DNA of 61,492 bases, counting the filler, from Choristocarpus tenellus KU-1152 (Eukaryota; Protista; Phaeophyceae): NCBI GenBank assembly GCA_964200185.2. It is 8 parts of 8 records of this genome, joined end to end, with 100 filler letters (N's around TTAATTAATTAA, not from the genome) between each part and the next. Parts side by side here need not be neighbours in the genome. Positions count along the whole stretch, not along the records: positions 31,409 to 55,114 come from CAXNAD020000238.1; positions 55,215 to 61,492 come from CAXNAD020008498.1; 6 more parts are not named here. One strand, 5' to 3'. How positions within the stretch are numbered: position 1 is the stretch's first letter; every line of letters begins with the position of its first letter. Below are positions 52,501 through 61,492 of this stretch, in pieces. Both the position numbers and the translations under genes were made by a program. Under the pieces are notes generated by a model, which saw only the letters and a list, made by a program, of their open reading frames with translations, had not been told where the DNA came from and searched no databases.

Positions 52501-54830
52501 GACACACCTACCCGTGCCTTGCAGACATGTTTCTACTTTATTGCAAGCAAGGTCTACTCTTCTGGTGGGGACACTCTATTTATTTTGAACCCCTTCCCCA
52601 CTCATTGCGCTGAAGGTCTTAATGTATGCGCTTTCATCTGCAACCGAGGGTAAAGCCAAGCCTACTGTCCTTGCCCACCTACGGGCTGACATGCTTATTG
52701 CTGCTGGTCGTCTCGCAGTTTCAACCTCACGGTTTGCACTAGGGGTCTCACACATCCAGACCGCAGTTCAAGCTTGCCCAGACAGGTAAGCAGGCAGCGA
52801 CTTGGATGGACATTTTAATTGGTATTGCAGACAAAAAGTATCAAATTCCTCCAAAAGATGCCCAGTGCACCCTCATAGGTACTGCACAACAGAGAGATTT
52901 GCTGGGAATACGACTCAAGGAAGCGCTCACCAATCTGTTGTAGACTATGAGTTACCTGCGTCATCTGTGCATAGATGAAGTAGAACCTATTGGCCAGTGA
53001 GAGTGGGGATCAGGGATAGGGATATGTGAACACTTTTTTGTTGCTCGATCTTCTGGAGGTGATCCAATTTAGTCTTCTTATCTGGGAATTTTGGAGATTC
53101 TAGATTTTTGTTAACATGTGGTGTGGACTGTAGAGTGTTCTACTGCAGCGGAGAAGTAACAATGGGCATGGACTAAGTAGTGCATACAGTGGTGTGTGGG
53201 GTCATTTTATGTTGCTCCCTTGCCCAAACATGAGCCTCTGGTGGCATTATTCCAAAGCATCAATTGTTTTGAGCTGATAACGATATACCATAACTGGCCT
53301 TAGAATGAAACCTCTTCAGTCCAAGAGTTCAAGCCTCGCTTTCCATAGCACTCAAATTCCTTAATGGCCCTGCCCTTCGTGACTTCTCTGTGTTCCCATG
53401 TCTTCCAATGAACTAGCAATACTGATACCCTCATCTGTACAAGCATTCACACCTTCCTCATGCCCAGCTGGGACCATGCTCCCTCTCCCAGACACCCCCT
53501 AACAACATTATGTGCTCAGTATATCGTGGTGTAGGTGCTCAGATCTCTTCAGGTGCTGACACCAACCTGTTTTCTTCTCCATATCCTTCCCCCTCTATGT
53601 CTGAATCTGATTTTTTGCATCCCTTAATCAATAGGCCAGATATCCTCTATGAGGCTGGGTGTATCTATGAGCGCCTAGAAATGATCTCATCAGCCGAGAA
53701 GCTCTTCCTCACATGTCTGCTGGTTGACCCGAACCACTGTCCAACACTCAGGAGATATGGAGCACTGGCTGCGAGAAAGGTGGGGGTCAGGCCCACAAGT
53801 TTCCATGTCATGTCTGCAGGTTTTTACCAACATTCCTTCTCAACTCTGTCACCAGTCTCCTGATTCCTGGTTGATTCGACACATCTTTACTTCTGCCTCA
53901 TCCAATAACGTTCTTCAAAATGATACCCCAGTTCAATTTTTCAGACAAGGTCAATGTCGTGGGTGAACAGTTCAGAAGGGAACCTCCAAATATGCACATT
54001 TCATTCACACAAGAGGCACTACACCAATGCCTCTAGTAGGGCCGTCACTCTAACAGAAACCTATCCCCGGTTTCAATAGAGTGATCCCCAGAAATGGCCA
54101 AATCGCGCCTTTATGTATAGTAAGGTTAGGGATGTTGCTCAGTTATGATGATATTTTTTGGCGGTCCCTCTTCTGCTGTGCCACATATGCTTTGGGGGGT
54201 TTCCATCGTGCATGTAAAACACGAACATATGACATACTGCAAAGGGGTGAAAAAAAAGGCGTGTGAATGCAAAAACGGTCCTTATGTGAATACCTCTCAG
54301 TTAGGATGACTAGAAACAGTAAGAGTGGAGAGTGTTTGACGGATTCCGTCTACAGATATTACGTGGTTGTACCATACCGTCCACTACAGTGGTGAAGACT
54401 GTAAGAGCACAAAACTCCGCGCACTAATAATCAAATTTGTGCTCGGAAATCAGCGTTTTTTGCGGATTAGTGAGTGACGTTCGCAAAAAAAACACTACCA
54501 AAATGCTGCAATAGATTAACTAGTTGTGCCCCTTGTCTCCCTGTGAAGTTCAGCATGAAGAATGTGAACAATTCTGTTTCTCAGTTGATATTTTTGGACC
54601 ATAACCATCAAAATCCAACCTCATAATTCTTTATCGTGCAATAAGGGTAACTCCAATACAACAAATGGTAAAAGTTCAAACTCTGACAGGGAGAGCTGGA
54701 CGTCGCAGAGAGGTATCTCTCCAGAGCAGTTTCACTCAGCTGTGACAAGCGCACCCGAGCAGCGACTCTCGTCTCCCTCATGGAATTTATCCTGGAAAAT
54801 CGACCACAGTCAAGGGTACAGGATGCTGCG
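43510..54830 (+). CDS. Very large (>2100 aa) protein: disordered N-terminal region, two IQ motifs, C-terminal TPRs; 5' end uncertain, 3' end off the contig
   Basis: Phase-consistent GT-AG exons 43510-43660, 43957-47218, 47327-49208, 50310-50969, 52616-52785, 53635-53779 and 54690-54830. IQ-like LVQKLIRRKLSRR and LVQAIARGRIVRQ at ~45905-46045. TPR-like ILYEAGCIYERLEMISSAEKLFLTCLLVDPNHCPTLRRYGALAARKGELDVAERYLSRAVSL. Confidence 0.75.
51374..51630 (+). mobile_element. Long MITE (family L), intronic
   Basis: ATA-GAGTGAAAGTATCTTACAGGGTA...TACCCTCTAAGATACTTTGGATC-ATA. Confidence 0.85.
51925..52410 (-). mobile_element. Head-to-tail dimer of family L MITE, intronic
   Basis: Unit 1 (51925-52150) lacks its second TIR; unit 2 (52151-52410) is complete. 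The whole dimer is flanked by TGT/TGT. Confidence 0.85.
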
Positions 54831-55045
54831 GTAAGCCCTACGACATAATTTCCTATTTGACCCACAGGGTTGCTACAAAATATGCAGAATATACTCCAAA
54901 ATACATCTAGCACCTGCAAATCAGGGGGGACGCCATCAACATAGACTTGACATATAGTTGAATTCAATGTTGTGTGGACAAGAACATGGCAAGGTGTAAT
55001 GGTTGATCAACATCAGTTGCTCTGTTGGAAGCAAACGTTTGGGTA

Positions 55046-55114
55046 GAGTGAAAGTATCTTAGAGGGTACGAATTTTGCCCTGTTTGTCTATTTGGGGCTT
55101 GGCTTCCCTTGGGG
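55046..55114 (+). mobile_element. Family L MITE truncated by the contig end
   Basis: GAGTGAAAGTATCTTAGAGGGTACG... runs into the linker. Confidence 0.8.
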
Positions 55115-55214
55115 NNNNNNNNNNNNNNNNNNNNNNNNNNNNNNNNNNNNNNNNNNNNTTAATTAATTAANNNNNNNNNNNNNNNNNNNNNNNNNNNNNN
55201 NNNNNNNNNNNNNN
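55115..55214. other. Artificial contig linker
   Basis: N44-TTAATTAATTAA-N44. Confidence 0.97.
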
Positions 55215-55331
55215 ATTTTACATACTCCGATCCATTTTGGAGTAGGAAAATGTCATAATAAATCCAGTGGGAATCTTAGTCCCAAAAGGACAAACAGTGC
55301 AAAACTTGTACCCTCTAAGATACTTTCACTC
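55215..55331 (-). mobile_element. Family L MITE truncated by the contig start
   Basis: Ends ...GTACCCTCTAAGATACTTTCACTC. Confidence 0.8.
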
Positions 55332-57007
55332 TTTTCCAAAACCAAACACCGTCGAAACTCCCTCCAGAACAGGTTCTAACCATTAAGAAGACAACAACGG
55401 TCGTATTGACTGTGGCAACGTATCTGACGGTCAAAAACCTCGATGTACAATATACATATGTGTATATATATGCGTTTATTTGACAGAAGAGAGTAGACTC
55501 CTAACTGTGTTAGTTTGTACCAACTACACGATGATACTGACAGTCCACCATCCCAGGAGCGCCTTTTACAGTGTCTACACTTGTTGTAGTGACACGATAG
55601 GAGGAGCAGGATATTACACTTTCCTCTTAATGCAGGGCAATAACACAAGAGGCATATACTCTATCAGAGGTTAGCATGATACAATAGTAAGTCTCCCTGG
55701 CATAGACACCAAACAATAACTGATACACAGCACATGTCATCCAAGGAACATTCATCTTCTACTTCCGTGAAGCCTTCTCTTATCCTGAAACACAAATTTC
55801 GGTGGATTAAGGGAAGGGTACACTATGAATATATTGGCCAACCTGAGTCTGAAGAAAGGAACAAATCATAACCCCCACAATATATCCAATACAATTCGAC
55901 AATACCCCGGCAACAAAATACCCACCAACGTTCTTGACTTGCCTACACAACTACACAAAAAATAATGCAACTCCTTGTGTACTGAGATTCCCATGTTCTT
56001 GGGACCATAGTATGCCACTGCTCATCAATCATCCTTTCTCCGTCAACTTTGGTGTTTTTACTTGTGACGGTTTAGCAATGTAGCTATGGCCCATCGGGTT
56101 GCTTCGTGTGGGAGGTGACTTCCAAGCGGTACTGTGCTGACAGTCACGCGTACCTTGGCAAGTTGAATGTTCAGAACTAGATTTGAGTGATGTTTTTTTG
56201 TTGTTGCTGTCATCAAGAATCGAACTTTTCAAACTTTTTAAAGGACTGCTGTAACCTAATTTCATTACAAGGATATGGTAGAAGATTGCAGAGCTTTATT
56301 GATCTATAGTATCCCAATATTATACCACCACGCAGTGAGTGATTGGCCACTTCTACCCGCAGCAGGTTTCTTGGAGGCTTGGGCATTCAATAGCAGTAGT
56401 ATGGTCGCAGGTGAGTACGGCTGTCTTTGCCTTCACCAACACAAGCGAGACAAGGTGGAAATTGAAGAACCGGAATATCGCGACAGCCCAATTGACTCAG
56501 GTGTGAAATGGCATTCTACACCCAGAAATTAACATCATTTACCAGGAGGAGTGAGGTACGGTGGGAATGAATGACAACGATAATATTATCCCAACCCTTG
56601 TGTCTAAGGGTTGGAGTGTGAGTTTAGACCCTCAGGAGAGGAATTCGAAACTGAAAAAAATAATAAGCAAATGGGATATGTATGGCTCCAATAGACAAGG
56701 GGGGGTAAAACTCCTTAGATACAGTGATCAGACGATTCTGGTGCCAACATCGGGAGACCCACAAAGATGGACAGTAGAGATGTACTTTCGAAAGGGAAGG
56801 CAATCCGGTGAGGCCTCAAAAAATGCAGGTGCTACTACGTTCTGTCCTGTCCCATAACAGAGAGAATTGTGTAGGTGGTGGCAACTGCATGAGTGCCGAG
56901 GGTTTGTGCGCAAGGGTTGTCTGTTTCTTGGCAACAAAACCTGGCTTCCCTTCTGGTAAAGGCAGTGCTCCTTTATCGGTTAGTATTATACTGTATATCA
57001 GCTTACA

Positions 57008-57266
57008 GAGTGAAAGTATCTTAGTGGGTACGAGTTTTGCCCTGTTTGTCCGTATGGGGCTTGGCTTCCCATGGATTTTTTAATGACATTTTCCTACTCC
57101 AAATTGTTTCGGAGTAGGTAAAATGTATACATTATGAAAAGGTGTGTCCGAACAAGGATGTTTCACACTTCCTAACAAACTCGATAGCCAACATTACATC
57201 GAAATCGCAACATTGGATTTTGGCTCCCAAATGGACGTGGCTCTACCTTCTAAGATACTTTGGCTC
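57008..57266 (+). mobile_element. Long MITE (family L), 259 bp
   Basis: ACA-GAGTGAAAGTATCTTAG...CTAAGATACTTTGGCTC-ACA. Confidence 0.88.
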
Positions 57267-58262
57267 ACAACTTCCGGCCTCTAACGAGAACAACTTGAAA
57301 AGACTCGTCGAGTCTAAGAGAGGCAAAATGTCCCACCACACCGTTGTGTGGGAATAACTGCATCAGATACACATTTCCTGATTACCCGTATCACAATTCA
57401 AGTAACTGACTCGGTGTGTGGACCATAGGTAGGTGCGCAAAATACTGTGGTGAACACTCAAGTTATTCGATTTGATCGTGGATCAATCGCGTGAAAGAAA
57501 AAACAAATGGGTGGAATATTGTTATGTAGGGATCATCTGGCGAACCGCTGCTGCTACTCCTTCTAGTAGATTGTAAGGTTCCGTCCTACCTGTTGATTCA
57601 CATACAAATTGAAGTAGAGATTGCTGCAATCATGCTTGTTGCAGTAGAGTTTTCCACTTCCCATAACCATAATTGGCAACAACACGATATATCTATCTAC
57701 TAAAGAAAATCTTGAAAGCCATGACCATAAAAGTGTCACTGTACACGGAATATATTAATCCAGTTTGAGTCCTGCAAAAATGTGTCTCAATCCTCTTCAA
57801 GTTCCTAGTTGTTGCTGGCAGCCTAGTCCGACGTGAGAGGCTGCTGACTGAACGAGGAAGAGAGGTAAAAACCCAAGGAGGTGTAAAAAAATAAACATCC
57901 CAACTAATTATAAATGTCAAATGTCAATTCTAAGAAGAGCAAATAATATCTATTGATTTCTTCGATTGCTAAGTTAGAAATATTGTACTGGGTCCAAAAC
58001 TATTTCGTTAAGTACTACATGTTATATCTGAGAACTTAAATTCGCTTTGAGAACCACGAGTTTCAATGTAGCACAAGGTTTCATCATTCTTGGGTGTCAC
58101 AGTAATTGTGCACTGTGAACAACGGCCATACCACACATAATTCACGTGCTGATGTGGCCAAGGGTAAAGAGGCAAGGATAAGTAATCTACTAGGTGACTC
58201 TTACACTTTGTCCCAGGACTAGAAAGAACACACTCACACAGGTCTAGGTCTATTACGCTCAG

Positions 58263-60604
58263 TCATTTAACAATGTCCATGATGAGTACAGTCCCCGCTA
58301 ATACCCATTTGGCCGGAAGGGACTTCGTCTTCAATCCAGCATCAAAGACGTAGGTTGGTCCTCGTTGCTGAGTCATGTACACGGGACACCTTGAGCATAC
58401 CAGCAAAAACAAAAATGCAGTAGGTTCATAAGGTGAGGTTGCAATAGTAGTGGCAGTAATGTACCTGTTCAAAGCGTTGGTAGCTATCATTCGAAACATG
58501 TCCAAGTAGGGTTGAAATGCCTGCTTTCCATAAAATGGAAGATGGGAGCTCAAGTCGAACTTGAGTGTTGGCGAATAATAAGTCAAGTAGTGGTGTAGTT
58601 TTTTTTATGGAGGGACTATCGGTGAGGTTGTGAGGACAATATGTGATGTAGAGCGGATCAAAGAGAGTTTGCCATACCCTTTGTGTGCAAACAGAAATGA
58701 TATGTATGCTTCAAAGTACAGGATATTGCGCAGTCTGGAATGCTGTACAGAGAAAAGTGGGCGTAAACAGCACAGCTCTCCGTACATGTATATGTACGTT
58801 CACATCTCAACCACCAAGAAGCTTGATAGTGAAGTTGATATATCCCATGGACAAAATGAGATGTAACGGACTGCATGTCTTCTTGACTCAAAAGTAGGCA
58901 ATTCAGAGGCTTACATGAACATTCCACGGTCCTGGGTGTCAGTAACTGCAGCGATGCAGTTGATGATTGGCATTATGCAATACATCTCCTTAGGCTTGGA
59001 ACTTTCGAGATGTTGTGCCTGTGTGGAACAATCGATATTTTAAAACAGTTATTATATAGTTCCAGTGTTTAATTGAAGATTGACTGCGAAAGTCACGATG
59101 GGAAGGGTAGTCGTTACATGTTTTTTTGCTTTAATCAGTGAGCCCAAAGTATCTTAGAGGGTAGAGCCGCGTCCAATTGGGGCCAAAATCTAATGTTGCG
59201 ATTTTGATGTAATTTTGGCTATCATGTTGTTAGGAGATGTCAATTATCCTTGTTCTGGAAAATCCTTTTCATACCGTATATGCTTTACCTACTCCGAAAC
59301 ATTTTGGAGTAGGTAGAATGTCATTTAAAACCCGTGAGACGCCAAGCCCCATATGTACAAACAGGGCAAGAATCGTACCCTCTGAGATAGTTTCACTCCA
59401 GTGCAACGTGCTTTCTGTAAGACGCACTTTAAGCCTTTTACTGTTCGAGTGAACCTGCTGATGTTTTATAATTCTATGTCAAGGGGATACCATGGGCAAT
59501 GACCTCTCTGTGATACTTGGTGACCAATATCCCATAGTCATGATGTCACATCTAATTCGGATCCGACTGTTTGACTCTCTTACAAGTAATCAAACTGTGT
59601 ACAAGCAGCAAGTGCTTTCAAATGCGAAATGCAAAGAAAGTACTTACCTGAACATTCCATCTAGCTCCATCAAGGCTCAATCCGTTAATGTAGGCACCAT
59701 CGCGACTGGGTGCTGCAATGTCTTCAACCTCGGTCTGAAAAAAGATCAGTGCAAACATCTGGTTAATGTCCATTTTCTTCACAGCACAATGAAAAATACA
59801 CTGAAGTACACAGAGGGTTTGGATACCTTTTTTGTGATGTCTGTTGAGATTGATAGCTTGTCCAGCTCGAGACCACCACTCTTTGCTGTGACCTTTATCA
59901 GGAAGCAGAGGGCATGCTTGTGTGAAAAATTCCCAGGGGGTAGAGAAGGATTGTATCTATGACTGCTAGAAACTGGCGACTTAACTGTTTGTTGAGGATA
60001 TTCCTTGTGTCTCGAGTCTATGCTACATGAAGCCAGTCGATCATGATCGTAGATTAACAAGTAAGCATGTTGAGCTCCTCAGGAAACAAAGTTACATAAT
60101 TAAATCTATTTCATCAAGGTTTTGCAGAAAACATATCAGTTCATTCTGCAATAACGCTGTATCCCAAGAAAGCACAGCAATGCCTGCAGCAGTTTAAGGT
60201 CAATGTTCAAATTTCTCCATGAAGTAACTCGTGTCCCACTTGTATGGCCCTTGCAAAATATGCCCCTATACTAGACTCTCCTTCCCGTACTCTCTTGTTT
60301 GCATGCAGTCATGCCTTGACATCTCCAACTGCTCTATTCTCCTCCACCTTTTTCCTCCAATTCCTCTCTGGACCTCTACAACCAACTTCAACCTATTGTA
60401 GAACATTTTTCTATTATATCCCTTCCCCGTTCATATGCATACCTTGCATGTACCTCCATCTCCCCTCCAGTCCCATATTTTCATATCGCTTACCTGCATG
60501 ATAGCTGTTAGAAATGACTGAGGGTTGAATAAGCCGCTGAGCCATGTAACCACTGGGATTTCCATGGGGTTAGATGACCAGTCGCTAAGCTGACTCAGCC
60601 TTGC
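58263..60604 (-). CDS. Axonemal dynein heavy chain, outer-arm beta type (DNAH9/11/17, ODA4-like), last five exons
   Basis: Exons 60604-60494 (TWLSGLFNPQSFLTAIMQ), 59892-59827 (ELDKLSISTDITKK), 59734-59648 (PSRDGAYINGLSLDGARWN), 59018-58915 (SKPKEMYCIMPII) and 58389-58263 (CPVYMTQQRGPTYVFDAGLKTKSLPAKWVLAGTVLIMD*). Phases consistent; classic dynein C-terminal domain. Confidence 0.93.
59140..59398 (-). mobile_element. Long MITE (family L) in a dynein intron, perfect 4-bp TSD
   Basis: CAGT-GAGCCCAAAGTATCTTAGAGGGTA...TACCCTCTGAGATAGTTTCACTC-CAGT. Confidence 0.88.
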
Positions 60605-61159
60605 CTGCAATGATGAGTGCGCTCGTGAGAAGGAGGAGAGAGGTGGCAAGGCTAGCAAGGGTGCAAGAGACAAGCACGTGGCTGTATATGCTTCGGTTAA
60701 CAACTGCCTGCTGAGCAACTGTGATATGGAGTGTGGCATTTTTTTTTGGTGTTTTACTAGTATGTTTCGTGGGTTGTTCGTAATTTGTTACAAGCCACAA
60801 ATGTAAGATATTTCTAGTAGTAGTTGTATATCGTCCACGACATCTTTTGAGCGGAAAATATCCATAGGTTTTTGTCTAAGAAATCGAAGGTTAGCAATAC
60901 TGTATGGGGGTATGATAATGACTGTGAACGGCAAGATATTTCATACTTCCTCCGTTCGGAATTCAATGTAACATAACTTTTGCAGTTCCATGAATAAACA
61001 AGATTTTTTTCCGCATGTTCATATTTTATGGGTGTATTGTGCAGACACTAAAATGTTGCCTGCCAAAATCTGGGCAACCTACACCTATCTATGTTTAAGC
61101 CCCTGAAGCACTCCAAAAGTCCACTCCAGCACGGTATTTCGCTGCATCCACTGAGGCAT

Positions 61160-61352
61160 TTGGGGGGAGCTTGCCCGCCTACTCAGCCTTTTCCTTCCAA
61201 ACATGGGGAATTTTGAAGGCGTCACCCTTAGACCCCAGCCCTTCACTGTACACTGTGAAGAGACTCTGCTAGAAGCGCTCTAGTGTCTCCCAGGGGTACT
61301 CATCGAACACCTCCATTGTGGCCTCCACCAGCTCCTCTGGTTGGTCACTCCC
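61160..61352 (-). pseudogene. Decayed Tc1/mariner (plant/stramenopile DD39D-type) transposase C-terminus
   Basis: EELVEATMEVFDEYPWETLERF*QSLFTVYSEGLGSKGDAFKIPHVWKEKAE*AGKLP matches the EL..AV..AF..Y....L......L.......G.N.YKIPH..K......G.LP ending. Two in-frame stops. Confidence 0.7.
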
Positions 61353-61492
61353 GGGTCAAAGTATCTGGGGTGTGTGCGTCGGTGTCCGTTTTTCACCCTT
61401 TTTTCGATTTTCACTTTTTTGGTGTGATTTGATCATACGTGTCGGATTTGAAAAGAAAAAAAAAAAAAGAGTTGTTTGACCGAAACGGATGC
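61353..61492. mobile_element. Short MITE (family S), cut by the window end
   Basis: GGGTCAAAGTATCTGGGG...CACCCTTTTTTCGATTTTCAC, homologous to 28800-28961. Confidence 0.85.

Noticed and set aside
55046-55331. MITE pieces on either side of the linker as two halves of one element
   Set aside because: Both pieces contain the same (GAGTG) end in opposite orientations, so they are separate copies on separate contigs.

Overview
Eukaryotic, intron-rich DNA from a flagellated photosynthetic stramenopile, most likely a brown alga or close relative. This is inferred from a bipartite plastid-targeting signal on an aldolase, an axonemal dynein, a secreted CBM32-like protein and many GT-AG introns. The window is not contiguous: eight contigs are joined by artificial 100-nt linkers (N44-TTAATTAATTAA-N44). 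Genes spliced by hand: DPY30 (-) head-to-head with HUS1 (+); a complete 7-exon secreted protein with two CBM32/F5-8C-like domains; the last exon of an FG-GAP-type propeller protein; the 5' part of SLC35B1/UTR; an intronless PX-like ORF; a plastid class I fructose-bisphosphate aldolase with a divergent phosphate site, head-to-head with a signal-peptide-bearing SAM methyltransferase-like gene; a >2100-aa protein with giant disordered exons, IQ motifs and TPRs; and the 3' end of an outer-arm dynein heavy chain. The non-coding DNA holds two related MITE families (termini mostly GAG/GGG, shared AAAGTATCT core, 3- or 4-bp TSDs), copia gag and mariner remnants, and several tandem repeats. There is no CRISPR array, rRNA or tRNA. 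No clearly new system is proven. The best leads are the tandem CBM32 protein, the aldolase/methyltransferase pair and the variable-TSD MITEs.
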